Part shown: in pieces, positions 49,345 through 63,198 of the stretch
Layout of the letters: every line of letters begins with the position of its first letter
Position numbering within the stretch: position 1 is the stretch's first letter
From: Callorhinchus milii
Taxonomy: Eukaryota
Length of the DNA: 64,000 nt
NCBI RefSeq assembly: GCF_018977255.1
Contig: NW_024704746.1
Span: forward strand, 46,128,001-46,192,000
Direction: 5' to 3'
The notes under the pieces: model-generated
Databases searched by the model: none
Told to the model about the DNA's origin: nothing
The model's input: only the letters and a program-made list of their open reading frames with translations
Program-made: the position numbers and the translations under genes

Positions 49345-49712
49345 GATAATAATAATCAATCCTTTCACTTGATATAGTGCCTTTATCACATCTTCGAGAC
49401 GGCTCAAAGCACTTCACAGAATATACTGTAAAGTGAATTGACTGTATATTTTGTTGGTGAAACGCGGCAGCCAATTGCACCCAGCAGTGTCCCACAAACA
49501 GTCGTAGATTGAATGACCAAATTATTATTATTTATTTATTGAAGGGATGAGCGATGGAAAGCGATCCACCAATTGACTAACACCAGATTCTGACTTAGTG
49601 CTAGGTAAGCAAAGGCGTGTGTGTGGAGTAAGGGAACTTGCTTGTTTCACCCCGCCCGAGAATTGAACCCAGGTAGTCTGGTTTGCGATGCAAGTGTGCT
49701 AGTCACTACACT
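49345..49712 (-). mobile_element. SINE family A
   Basis: Reverse-complement near-full copy. Many further partial tails occur across the window (e.g. near 790, 11200, 30480, 41905, 50895, 52440, 58165, 62320). Confidence 0.85.
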
Positions 49713-52700
49713 TAAAAGAGGGGAGAGAGAATCAGAGAATCAGGGGATGAGAGAGGGGCTCCAGGATGGAATTCCAGAATAAATTCCATTAATTCCATTA
49801 ATTCCACTAGGAATTCCACTCAGTTAACCAGCAGAGGTGATTTGAGCAAATGTACCTTGCTGCATCAGGTACAGTTGGTAAGAATGTTGCTTCTCAGATT
49901 CTCAGAATTATATTGAGTCAAACCAGGATTAATGCCTGTTTGTCGTGTATGCATTTAGGAAAAAAAATCAAGAAATTCAATTGTATAGAAAATAATACTA
50001 ATCCTTGGATTTGATATAGTGCCTTATCACCTCTTTGATGTCTCAAAGCGCTTTCAGAATGTACTGTGAAGTGAATTGACTGTATATTTAAGGAATTTAT
50101 TTCTGGTTGATATTTTAGTCATTACAAAATCTTCATCGGATAAGCTTCATTGGATATAACATACTTATAATGGTTAATCTTGCAGCACATTTAGCAATGG
50201 CATTTGGCTAAGAGTACTGTATATTGTTTAATGCTTTAAAAGTTTAAACCTCAAAAAAAATCACTGCATCATTGGCACCTGGTACAAGCTGTAATTGATC
50301 AGAATTTTTATATCATGTTTCGGACAGAACACTAATCATTCCATGCTTTAAGGTAAACTGTTGATGAAATGTATAAAGCAAGAGATATACTATGATGTGG
50401 GATGATGACACAATTACATATTACTTCTCAATTCTTTTAATTCCTTGGCAATACGTATCACAACTCTGTAGTACATGGATTTTTGCTAAGTTGAAAAACA
50501 CTGGAAAACTGCCTGGCGTGAAACAGAATGACCTCTCGGGTAATTTCATTATTAACCAGCTAAAACCACAAAGCTTGCCATTGAGAGCACTGCTTACCAG
50601 GCTAGGACCATTCTACCTATTAGGGCTTTGGCTTGCAGGCTTAACAGAAGTCGAGTGGGAAAGATCTCTGCTCCTAATCTAGATAGGGTTGATACCTCTA
50701 AGTCCTGCCAATGAGCCAGATTGGCTGGTGGTCTGTCATCAGCAGACATTCCATTGACAGACACATCTTGGAGCCACCTCAGCGGAAAGGAAACCCTGCT
50801 TACCTCTCTCCATGGCAAATAGTTAAGACTTCTTTGTGGCAACCTTATTCCTGTCATTGTTTTGATCCCCTTCGGGATTTGCCGCTTCAAACTTGTCTCA
50901 CAAGCGAGAGGACCCATGTTCGATTCACGGGCAGGGTGAAAGTTTAAACAACTTTCCTTACTCCACACGCTTCTGCTTACCTAGCAGTAAGTTGGAACCT
51001 GGTTGTTAGCCAATTGGCGGATTGCTTTCAGGGCATAATAATCTCTTATGCGCTGCTCTGTGCAATTGACTGCCATGTTTCACCCACAAAATCTCCAATC
51101 AATTCACTTTACAGTATATTCTGTATTTTATTTTAATGGGTTCAGGCGCCAACTGAGGAAACTCAGAATCTGTGGCTGGCAATTTGGAGTTTCATCACCA
51201 GAGGGGAGTTCTCAATTCTAATCAGGCCTCAGAACTGTCTCTTTTAACTTACTAAAACTTAGAAACAGTTACATTCCTGAAATCAAGTTTGCGCTGGAAT
51301 TTTCCTCCACAAGAACCACCTTGTCTAATCTCCTCTCCTGTTTGCTCCCCATATTCATAGTATGTGGAGAACTTATCATTTATGCCAGTCATTTTGTGTT
51401 TCTAAACGGTTTTAAATAATAAACTTGCCCTGGGCATTATTTGCGCCTCCAGCAAAAATGCCTAAGTAGCTCACTTGGATTGATTATAGGAGCTGGGAAC
51501 ATTGCTGTGTAAATTATGTTTCTGGTGAAATCACTGCTATAATTTATCTGTGCTAAACAATATGACAGCTTTCTGATTACAGAAGCTTTAGCCTAGCACT
51601 TTATACCAGAAATTGATGAAAATAACTACTGTCAGAAAGTAGTATTCAAAGTGTGTATATCCTACAATAGAAAGCACAAGGCTTTCTTTTTCGCAGCCTC
51701 TAATTGCCTGTCAATCAAATCATCTCCTCTTTATCCCAATTCTTGTATCTAATCTGACAAAACAACTTTCTGTCCATGTCACAATGTCACCTCTGATTCC
51801 ATGCCTCTGAATCTCAGCTTCATTCAACGGATTTATAATTGTGACATTATTTACACAATTGTATTTAAAAACCCATCACTAAGATGATAACTTTTATCCA
51901 AGTAATGCTGCCATAAACAAATCTGTGCATTATGGTGATTTCAAAAAGGAGACATTATTTTTCAATGGTTTTGGTGCAAAAGATCACAAAGTTTCAGATA
52001 AAGAAAGCCGGCCCTATGGCTCATTTGACCTCATATTGGATTGATATCTGCACAACATTAAATTGTCAGGGGTTCGGCAGAGGAACAATTGAGTGATCTT
52101 ATTATCTATTCGGGTGTGTGGTGTAAACTTAGTTGTCTTGTTGAAGTTCTTCATCTGTCCACCTCTGCAAATGAACCCAGGAACAATGCTGATCATGGAC
52201 TTTTAGCTATGCAATTCCTATCATTTCACTACCTTGGAAGCAGAATCTGAAATCAAAGTGCAAAGAAAATTGAATTCTCAATAATAGACATTGTTAGCTC
52301 ATATACTGTCTACAAAACAACATTCCGAGGTTTGAAAATTAAATATGAACAGTGATTTTGGGGATCAACTGTGAACCTTTGATTGGAATTCCTCAGCTCT
52401 CCAAGTTTGCCTTTCTCCTGAGATCTACAGGTTAATTGTCATTCTGTGAAGCGCTTTGAGACATCTGGAAGACGTGAAAAGCGCTATATCAAATGCAAGG
52501 ATTATTATTATTATTATCTTCAACCTTAACATTGCTGTGTAAATTGGCTGCTGCTTTCGCCTATAAAACACAGTCACTCCACTCCATTACAGTATATCCT
52601 GTAAAGTGCCTTGAGACATTCTCTTAACATGAAAAAAAATTATTAAAAATATCCCATTAAGCTATCATTTGAAATCATTAATCCAGTATATTAGAATCCA

Positions 52701-53589
52701 CCTGGCTCAGGAACTAGACAACCAAAACTGCATCCAAGGCCAAGGAGCTCAGAACAATGAAGGAGAACTATTTGGACACAAGCCTTATATGCCACAAACT
52801 TAACTTGCAATGGATCCTTGCTGTCATTGAAGAGAGATGAGAACGATCAGCGAAATCTTTGCCTGTTTTCAGCTCAATCCCAGAAGAAGTGTCAATCATT
52901 GTCTCAAAGTGAAAGAAAGGTCATTATTTTAGGTATGAAGCTTATTCAAAACACAAATTGATTTGGTTTGCAAGATTCTTCTGCTCAGTGAATGGCAGCA
53001 AGGGAGCAGCAACTGTTTTGAATGGAATTTTCAGAAGTGCAGGTATATGAATAAAAGGAATAAGTTTTCCCTACCGTTAAAACTGCCAGGGGGGTGTTCT
53101 ATTAAAATTCTTCACGGCTGAGCAACGCAGGACAGCAGATAATACAGTCTGTACAGTCAAACACCATGTTCCTTAACAGCAACAAGTTCACTCACCAGCA
53201 GACTCCAGCACCTGCGGCTTTGCTTTGACTCCCAGGAAATGTTTGTGCACTCGCATCCTCCAACGTTGAGCACTCAACTGGGCAATTTAATTGCAATTCA
53301 GCAGATGAATTACATACTTGAAAATATGGATTTCTGTACTGCAAGTATTTCCTCAGGTTTAAAGGATACGAGATTATTTTAAAAAATGTACCCAAAAGCT
53401 ATGATCTGGGAGCGCCAGACTCTCAATGAACTCAGGATAGAATCTCGAGACATACTGACACTGGTTTCTTCAGTCCACTACAGAAGGCAGAGTTGAGTTC
53501 TATAAAGTCTGTAGTGTAATGGTTACAGGACTCACCTCACAAGCAAGAGGACCTGGGTTTGATTCCCGGGAGGAGAAACCTTAGGCAGA

Positions 53590-54045
53590 GAGATAGAGTT
53601 GGGTGTCATCCGCATACATGTGGAAGTTGACCCCATGTCTGGGGATAATGTCACGGAGAGGGAGCATGTCTGGTTGAAGAGGAGAGGACCGAGGACAGAG
53701 CCCTGAGGAACACTACACTAGATGGTGTGGGGGCTGGAGGAGAAGCCTTTTGTGGAGACAAAGTGGAGCTGGTGTAAGAGGTAGGATCTACACCATTCAA
53801 GGGCAGAATCTTAAAGGTTGAGGTGAGAGGAGAGGCGGTGAAGGAGGGTAGAGTGGTCCACAGTGTTAAAGGCAGCAGAGAGGGTGAGGAGGATGAGGAG
53901 ACAGAGGGATCCCTGGTCACAGATGGGCAGAATGTCATTTGTCAACTTGATCAGGGCTGTTTCATAGCGTGGAAACCCGATTGGAAGGATTCGTAAAGCG
54001 AGTGGCAGGAGAGGAATGAGTGAAGCAACAACATTTTCAAGGACC
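53590..54045 (-). mobile_element. L2 LINE RT fragment
   Basis: Reverse strand reads ..SAAFNTVDH.., SVPQGSVLGPLLF and MYADDT motifs. Confidence 0.8.
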
Positions 54046-54516
54046 TATACCATCAATTCACTTTACCATATATTCTGTGAAGTGCTGTGAGACGTCTCAA
54101 CGACATGATAAGGTGCTATATCAAATGCAAGGATTATTATTATAAGGCTTGCTTCTGTCACTTATTAAAATGTTAGTCTACATGGCTCACTGCAGAAGAA
54201 AAATGATATAAGACTTATTTTATAAGATTTTTAAAATTTATATTGCACTCTGTGTGTCTTCCTCCCCCTCAAATCCTCCTTCAACCAGAAAAAAGAAGGG
54301 CAAGGTTTGCTCCCCCCTATGAATGCTGATTTGAGACGCCATCCAGTGTGGAGGGCACTATATAAATCCAAGTTGTTGTTGTTAATTTTGGACAAAGCAA
54401 TTTGCTGTTTGCTTCCACTTCAACAACAGCAACTTGAATGTTTACTACCCTTCATAATTGTACAAATCCATAATGCATTGTGAGAACAGCACAAGGAAAT
54501 ATACTTTGAAAGCATT

Positions 54517-54912
54517 GTGTCAGCTTGCCTCAGTTAGAAGCACTCACGCTTCTAAGTCAGAAGGTTGGTGGTTTAAGCCCCACGTCAGGACTTTAAATTT
54601 TAAACAGTCTAGACTGACACTCCTTTATTGTTGGAGGTACCGTCCTTCAGTTGAGACAAGATTCGGCTGCCTGTTTAGGTAGATATTAAAGATCCCACGT
54701 CCTGGCTAACGATCACCCAAATATAATTGGGCATTCACTTCCTAGCTGCTTGGATAATATTGCTGTGTGCAAATGCTTGCTGCATTTATTCTAACATTTG
54801 CACTACACCAACTAGACACCACAGTCACTACACTTAACATTGAATCTTGTGAAGCGCTTTGAGACATCCACCTGACGGGAAAGGCACTATATGAAATGCA
54901 AAGAGTATTATT
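54517..54912 (+). mobile_element. Older tRNA-derived Deu-type SINE (family B, SacSINE1-like)
   Basis: Head gtgtcagc..ctcagttagaagcactcacgcttctaagtcagaaggtt..gctgacactcc, core tgctgtgtgcaaat, tail shared with family A. Other copies at about 19420-19642(-), 22330-22470(+), 40806-40920(+), 56545-56702(-). Confidence 0.75.
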
Positions 54913-55055
54913 ACTGTCATAACTCCATTGGGAAATAGCTGATCTCAGCTAATGAGAGTCAATGTAGACAAAGTATGCAATCATGGAATCCTCAAAAAGG
55001 ATACAGAGAACAAGTGAAAGAACAATGAAAGATCCTTCAAAACTTCGATTAAAAG

Positions 55056-55061
55056 TTTATT
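55056..55061 (-). terminator. Probable distal poly(A) signal of the FBLN1-D 3'UTR (UTR about 55035-56319)
   Basis: AATAAA on the minus strand followed by a U/GU-rich tract (ctttcattgttctttcacttgttctctgt); the UTR above it is repeat-free and SINEs resume just beyond. Confidence 0.6.
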
Positions 55062-56319
55062 GATTTTTTTATACATAAACAACAGACCCCTCATGTGTAC
55101 TGAATGAGTGTGTCTGTACCACCAGTTACCCAACATCAATGTACACAGTCAATTAAAACAAGATCTCAGCCATCATGATTAATGCAATCTTACTGCAGAA
55201 ATTGCATTCGCTCTAAAATTTTCAATGTTCAACTGAGGCAAACCTAAACGTTGACTGTCCACTGGGGCTGAGTCTGAGAATCATCAAACATAGTTACCTC
55301 GGGGACTCCCACCCATTCCAGCAGTGGTTATTCTCCATTATACAATGGTCTGTACATAAACATTAAACATACTAAAATACTTTTAAAAAAAAGTTTCCCC
55401 CATGACTGGAGCGGAGTACTCTGCAGCATTATATGAAACAGGATTAATAAATGAAAATGTATGTGATTGACGCATAACATATTGTGAGGGCAGCACAGGC
55501 AAATATTACAGAGATTATTTCCCCAGTGAGATTTTGTGTGCAGGCTTATCTAACTGAGCAGGCAAGTCAAACACTGGGAATAGGAGCCCTACAGTCTCAG
55601 ACAGGATAATTGGAAAAAGGCATTGGGAAGCTAAGCAAACAATTCCACATCTTTTGTTCATCATCAAGCTTTAACACGAATGTGAAGATATCTATAATAT
55701 ATCAATTCAATGACAGCAGGACAATCGCTGCTGTTCTTAATGCAGTTACATTTGGGAGCACAGCAGGAAACTTTTGGTTTATTTTTTCATATCTATAAGC
55801 CAAGGCAGATTGTGAATGTTGCTGTACAACACATACTATCACTTGTTTCAGATTTTATTTACTGAATTGGTTCCTCCGGTGAAATGATGCAAACTGTTGT
55901 ACTGAGGCACAATTTATTCAAGGACCACAGACTTTGACAAACTCAGATTAACTCACACTAAATGCCTGAGTCACAAACACACCATTGTGTTACCTGCGGA
56001 TGGTGTCTTTGGGACAAAGATGCTCATGGTCTCTCGGTTACTCCCAACTCCTGCATATTCACCAATCTACTCAAGTTTCTTTTAAAAGATCCTCTCAAGA
56101 TAATTCTAATGAATACATTTCAACAAAGTTTTATTCAAAAATACTAAACAGCAGAGGAAAAGCAGAGCTCAAGTTAAGTAAGAATACAAGACTGCCTGAA
56201 GCATCCTTGCGTCTGGGGAGAAAAGTGACTGATGTTTTGTGTAATATGCAGTGATTAGTAGTGGGCAGCAGTGGTTTCCCTTGTGGTGATGCAGGTTACC
56301 TTTTGCGGGTGAGAAGTCT

Positions 56320-56459
56320 TTAGAACCAGTTTTCTGAGATGTAGATGTGCACATTCACGACATTGCGGTGAGAGAGCTGCCCTGACAAGTAGTAGTCCAT
56401 TTCCAGCTTTAAGATCCCCGAGTATGGTCCGATAATTGGCTTCACCATTCGAACAATAC
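56320..56459 (-). CDS. FBLN1: Fibulin-1 isoform D, terminal coding exon ([46 protein letters not shown])
   Basis: Acceptor tttccctccag; ends in TAA; C-terminus [10 protein letters not shown]..SExWF is characteristic of FBLN1-D. Confidence 0.96.
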
Positions 56460-59400
56460 CTGGAGGGAAAGGAAGGGATAGGCAGATTAATGGTTGCTGA
56501 AGGAAAAACTGCTGACTTACCATTCCAACTTTTAACCCAACAAACATCTCATTGAAAAGACAGGCCCTCTGACAACACAAGTCTCCTCTGGTACTGCATT
56601 GTAGTGCCGACCAATTATGAACTTAAATCCCACTGTGGGGCTCGATCTCACAGCTTTCAGACCCAGAGGCAAGAGTGCCACCGACTGAACACGGCTGACA
56701 CCTTGGCCGACCACACAGACACACACTCAGCGTTGCAGAGAAGCATTGCTTGAGGCCCGAATGTTTTGTGAGACAGTAAGCTCCAAAAGAGTCAAGAATA
56801 AATGGAACCAAAAGCAACCTGAAGAATTGAAACCTCTGAACATAGGTCTTTTTACTGGAGGGACGGTGAAAAATCTTTGATGGGTATAAATTAAAATACG
56901 TTAAGGTTCATTTTGGCCAAGATCCAAATTTACTTCAAAATAGATGCAGAAGGACTCAGGCTCCCATGTGATTGTGTTTTATAGGAGTATGAGACTGTGC
57001 AGCATGCAATGTGCTGGAGTACTTTGGTGGCTTGTCCCAAAGTTAGATATGCAAGTGCATTCCGATGGATATGAGATGCATAGGCTGAGCAGAGGCACAC
57101 CCTGAGATACACAGAGACTGTGGAACAGCCTGCTACAATTTGTGATGTCTGGGGGGACAAATTTATTCTCGTGCAGTCTTTCGTTGTGGTCACGCAGCGA
57201 TGCTCTGAAGGGACATTTTCCAAAAGTTTTTAAAATACACACAAATAATTCATTCCAGTCCACAACGGTACAAACCCCACACTCATAAAACCAAACAGCA
57301 GCTTTTGTTTTTCTAATTAAAATAGCTGAGAAAGTGAATTATAAGCAGCTCCGTCTGCTTACACAAACGCAAGTGGGGTCTCCAGGGAGCCAGAGAGACA
57401 GCACAATGAGCAGAGAGTCCAGAAAGACAATCCGTCAGACTGCAAAACCGCCAAGATTCCTAGCTTTCATTCCCCAGGGAATATAGATTAAAACAAGGGA
57501 ATTAAACAACAAGGAATGAAGCGTGAGAGTCTTTAAAAATTAAAAGCATCAGTTTCTATGATGGCTCAGTTAGCGATGTCATTCCCTGCTGTGAGACAGG
57601 ATGGTGTAAGGCGAACTGGATGGACCTTGCTTTTCTTTTGTCCAGCAATTCATATGTTCTTATGACCAAGAAGTTCCCAGGTTTGATTCTTGATCTGTGC
57701 TGATTTAGTTGTTCTCAGCAGTAAGAGTGAGCAGCAGTAAGGATGTTTCCATTGGCTGCAATGTCATGGAGGTAAAACAAATTCCAGTGAGTTCTGCTGA
57801 AATCGACTCGTAAGTACAATACATAATTACATTTATATAGTGCCTTTGACATCGGAAGGATGTCCCAAGGTGCTGGAATGTGTTCCATCAAATCTAAGGA
57901 GGGGTACAAACTGCACAGGACATTCACCAATGGTGGAGTGGTGCTGGGCCATCAGATGAAGGCCCAATTTCAACTTTATCCAATATCCACGCATTTCAGC
58001 AGTTATCACTGGAATTGAATGTGGGTGTGTTTCACTGTCGCCAGCCCAGAATATCGAGGTAACACATTCAGTAAATATAAACGTTGCGCACCTCAAATGT
58101 TGCACATAACTCCATTGTACCTCAAACCTGAGCCAATATGATGACTTTTTATACTCCTGGAATAATAATAATCCTTGCATTTGATATAACACCTTATCAC
58201 ATCTTTGAGACATCTCAAAGCACTTCACATAATATACTGTAAAGTGAATTGACTGTATATTTTGTGGACGAAATGTGCAACCATACACACAGGCCCACAC
58301 ATTGCTGAGGTAAGAGGACTTCACTGTGGTTTAGATTATAAGAGGCTGTTGCAGACATCAGAGGGTTGAAGATATTTTGTCTGTGTTGCTGGGAATGAAG
58401 ATGGGCTTCATTCTCATTGTGATCGCATGGTGTACAAGTGAGGGGATGATGTTTCCAAGTAGAGTGGCACATCACAGTGCTTGACAAATACCAACAAGAG
58501 GCGTGTAACAGACTATCTCTGTAAGAAAATGCTCCCTTTGAAGTCCATTCCAACAATTGAGAAAAGAAAAATCACTGTAGAAGTGGATTGCATGAGAACC
58601 CTGCCTCTGAGAGGTCAGGGCTTTATCTGGTCTATCGCCTCCAAAATACACAGTCACTACACTTTGCAGTAAATCCTGTGAAGCGCTTCCTCCCAACGTG
58701 AAAGGCACAATATCAAAGGATTATTATTTCCAGAGTGGAGTTCCGTTTAAGCTGGAACTCGGCTTCCATGTTAATTAAAACCAGGAATCTCTGCTAGACA
58801 GAGCCTGATATCTTGTAGAACTGAGTCAACAACAGTTACTGTAAGCACAGTTACGTAAAAAGATATACCTTTAGCCAGAGACACCATACTCCACTGACCA
58901 TGCAGTTAGACTGTAACTCAAAACTATTCCAAAAATTTCATTGCTTGAAAAACATGGAAAGTTCAGGTGAAAGGCTTCAAAACATTGACATATTGCTTTT
59001 TGCTGTGTCACCACCGACTCTTTGGACTGACGTGCAGGCTCTTGAAATAATTTCTGAAATGATCGTGTTTGTTCTCACTCGAGACTAAGGTTATAAAGAT
59101 TATCCCCCATCTCCAGGATGTTATTGAAATATATGGCTGCTCCCTCAATAGCGAAACCAGGTAAAATGACCTATATCAAAATGTGCTCTTTTGCTATTTT
59201 TATGGATCTACAGAGGCCTAAAATTATAAAGTGCACCAGACCATTCCAAATCAGACCTCACAACAATCTGGCTGCTATGTGCCACAGGTTTTAGTTGTCA
59301 GCTGCCATCATCTACAATATCACAAGAGTCCCCATAACAAGGGAGCACCTGATGGGCATCAGACCCGTAACCTGTGAAACTCAGTTTTAAATCAAGAAAC

Positions 59401-59599
59401 AACCTGATTACTTTTGCCTTTTGGAGTTGTTAAATTGCAGAGGAGGAGGGGAAAAGCAGGTTGAGTGAAGAGCTGACCTGGGAACTGAAAGTCCTCCAAC
59501 CCCATCTATGGTCGGACAGTTCCTCTGCTGTCAACAGTTCCTGATACTGTCAGGTGAAAGACCTAGCACACGCTGCAAGGCAATGCTGCAAGGTGCATC

Positions 59600-60025
59600 A
59601 GTCTGCCACATTGGTAGCACTCTCTCTTCCAAGTCAGAAGGTTCTGGGTTCAAGTAAGACATCGGCACTTGGAATCACATGGTCTAAGCTGACACTCCAA
59701 TGCAGTGCCGAGGGGGTGTTGGATTGGCAGAGGTCCCGGCCGTCCTTCGGATGAGACATTAAATCGAGGTCCTGTCTGCCTGTTCAGTTGGTAGTTTAAG
59801 TTCCCATGGCAGTATTCGAAAAGAGAATACTTTTAATGGCCAATAATCCCCAAAATAAAATTGGTCACTCACTCCATAGCTGTTTGTGGGATATTGCTGT
59901 GCACAATTGTCTGCCACATTTTTCCCACAAAATGCACAGTCAATCCACTGAATATCCTGTGAAGTGCTTTGAGATGCCTCAATGACATGATAAGGTCTAT
60001 ATCAAACGCAAGGATTATTATTATT
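59600..60025 (+). mobile_element. SINE family B copy
   Basis: ggtagcactctctcttccaagtcagaaggttctgggttcaag..gctgacactccaatgcagtgccgagggg..gatgagacattaaatcgaggtcctgtctgcc, then core and tail. Confidence 0.8.
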
Positions 60026-61250
60026 ATCCTGCTATTTCCAGTGTGGTTAAAAGTGGAGCAACTCAGAGAATGTTTCATTAGTCTCTCCATGGGCACTGCT
60101 CGGCATTTTTGTACCATATCCAGAATATTATGACAAGGCTGGAGTGTCTTTTCTTTGAGCCACGGTACAAGTTAAAGCTGCAATTTATTAGAGCATGTAA
60201 AAAATATATAATGCTTTAAATTCTCAATTACAATGCCATTTACTTATCACATTGAGGAATGTGGGAATAAATCCAGTAATGGAAATAAACTATTAAAAGG
60301 TTTTCTTTGCTTTGCTTGATGTATTTGTTGATGTTAAACTATTATGTAAAGATTTTTAAAAAAAGACTGTTGGAGAACAGAAAGACCAGTGCATTTTTAT
60401 AAAGCACCACTCAGAACAATGAATCCCGCTCCCCTCCCCACACACCCAACACACCTCCACTCAGATTGTTGTGGTCTGCCTCCTGCCCTCCCTCTCTGCT
60501 GTACACATCCAAATAACCACCAGACCATTCCAAATCAGACCTTCAGCCAGATACAATAAAGGGCGACATTGACCTGAACTAAACTGAAGAATCCAGATTC
60601 GACTGCTCGTAAAAACTGCTTGAAAATGTGCAACTCTCTTCTGCTCTGGGCAGGTTTCCACACTCACAAGCTTTGTTAGTGTGTTATTTCTGAGGTTCTT
60701 TTTCTGGGTACCAGTGAGGGTCCTCAATTGTGAGCACAATCCCGAAACCTTTTGCTGCCATTGAAATCAGTAATTGCAACTGTGTTGAATCAGAAAGTGT
60801 TCAGTAGCTTTATTTCTTTCTTTCTTATACTTCAATTTCCCCGCCACTTTGCAATTAGCTGAGACATGTCCTGAGGAGGTGATTGCAGGCTTGGTGAGGC
60901 ATCATTAGGGTGACCCATTCTCCTATGTTTCCACTCCTCTCTGGGGAAGCTATCCTCTCCAACACATCTGACACTCAAGATATTGTGAGCACAAAGTTGG
61001 TGTCTGAAAAAAACACTGCAATTCACAGTGCAAAATGAAGGAACAGCGCCACCGTCCGACTAAAGAGGGTATTCACTCCCACCAAGACATTCACTTGCCT
61101 TTCTCAATCCATGTATTTTCACAAGTAGATTTTAACTTTTCGACGATTACCAGTGTCTGGCCTATACCAAAGTGTGTGGGACAAGCTTCCAGAAGGTGAT
61201 TCCTCCCCCCATCTCCCTCCCCTAACCCATATAAAAGCAGCACTGCTTAC

Positions 61251-61382
61251 CCACTGTTAGGGAGCCTTCTTTTCGTTTCAGAATATCAAAGGAGTTGTGG
61301 AAATTTCCGTCAGTAATGCGGAACATAATCTCTGCCTGGGCTTTGGGGAAGTTTGAAGATGACGCCCGGAGGAAGATGATCT
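61251..61382 (-). CDS. FBLN1: Fibulin-1 isoform D, penultimate exon (EIIFLRASSSNFPKAQAEIMFRITDGNFHNSFDILKRKEGSLTVG)
   Basis: Acceptor tttgtgttacag, donor gtaagc; 132 nt, phase 1/1; resembles EIIFLRA...FDITEGNLRDSFDIIKR. Confidence 0.95.
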
Positions 61383-63198
61383 CTGTAACACAAAGAATCA
61401 CTGTCAAGTCCTTGTGCTTCTCCAGCACCCATCGGTGTCAAATAGGTTAGATGTACAGGACTCCACCCAAACCACAGAAAAAGAGAAGACAAAAAGAAAA
61501 TATTACAGAGCGCACGAACATAGAGAGAAAACAGCCTCCGTACCACGAGCTAATACCCTGCAGTATTTTGCCCAGACTTCAGGAATAAAGACTATGCTTA
61601 TCGTTCTCCAGGAAATGTCAGAAAGTCTAATCTATGGCAGGGAGTCATTTCACTGGCATTGCCACTCTTCCCATCCACCCCTTCTACCCCCAAGCTTCAC
61701 ATTAGTTGGACTTCCTTCAGAGCTGCCATCATGGTGCCAGTCTCACATCTTTCCTTGCATTTTACCCCTGACCAAGACTGATTTTCCTAATCTCAGCCAC
61801 ATTGCCTGCCTCCAACCTATCTGACACTGATGGCACCAAAACCCTCATTCACACATTTGTTATCTCCTGCCTAATCTGGACTGCCCACAAAACACCCAGT
61901 CACAGCACTCTACAGTAATCCTGTGAAGCGCTTTGAGACATCTTGATGACATAATAAGGCACTATCAAATGCAAGGATTATTATTATTTATAGACAAAGA
62001 CACTCCTCACCGTTCTCCTTAGTTCCTTCATTTATAAGATACTGTACCAAATTCCATATTCCCTTCACCCCAGTCCTCGACAAACTCCACTGGATCTCAA
62101 CTGATTGACTTCAAAGTCTGCACCAATGACTGATAGACCCTTTCATACACAAGCACCTCTCTATCTCTGTGATCTTGTCTATCTCAATCCTCTGCTCACG
62201 CCTTCACTCAACTAACTCAGGTTTGCTGCATTTCTGTTCTTTCCTTCACCCATCAGAAACTACATCTGTAATCTTTGGAATTCCCTCCCTCTACCCCACC
62301 TTCTCACCCGCTCTGTATCTTTCGCCAACAAAATACAGTCAATCCACTTTACAATGTATTCTGTGAAGCGCTTTGAGACGTCCGAACAACGTGATAAGGT
62401 GCTATATCAAGTGCAAGGATTATTATACATGTGTCTTGAAATCCAACCTAAAAACTTATGCTTTCAACCTCATCTGTGGTCACCTTCTCCTCTCCCCATC
62501 CCCTCTACTTAGCTTGGCTTCTGACCCTGCAGTTGCATAGTGCTCTGAGATGATATCCTACATGAAAGGCACTATTTAAACACAAATTGTCATCGCTGTT
62601 TTCAGTGTCTCCTGATACAAGTTGTGCAGCATTTGGGAGTGGGGGGGAGGGGGGAGTCAGACATCAAAGATCATGCAGGAGAGCATCAACTCATTGTATT
62701 GGGAAACATGGGCAAGGACCTCTGCAATCATTACTGAATAGTTTTGCAAATGTGATTCATTTAATTTCAGTTATTCCCCACTATCCCTTATTAAAACCCT
62801 CTGCTGAAATATTCTGAATGCTTCCTCCTCATCATCATCTCGACGTTTGACACTGTATGAACAGCCTGTGAGGAGGCTTGTGCTCCAAAACCAGTTTTCA
62901 CTTGCCCTCTGATTTTCTTTCCCCCACAAGAAACAAGAGACGTGAGCCAGTGTGTTGTAGCTGCACAGTAGATTGTTTTGCCACACCAGTGTCATGGTCA
63001 CTGGGGAATTAACCCGAGGAAGCCAATGTCCTTAAATCTTATCCTTTGCTTCTGAGGAAGCTCCTGCCCTGAATGAATTCATCAGTGTTAAATAAAGAAA
63101 TGAGTGAATACAGTATAAGGTAGATAACACTAAGCTCAGCATAAAGGAAGGGAGTTGCCCTATTTTTCAATTAAATGGGTACCACTCATTGCTCTCAC

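Noticed and set aside
60462-60542. pre-miRNA hairpin
   Set aside because: Pairing is limited to about 8 bp with a long unpaired interior, and I recognise no known mature miRNA.
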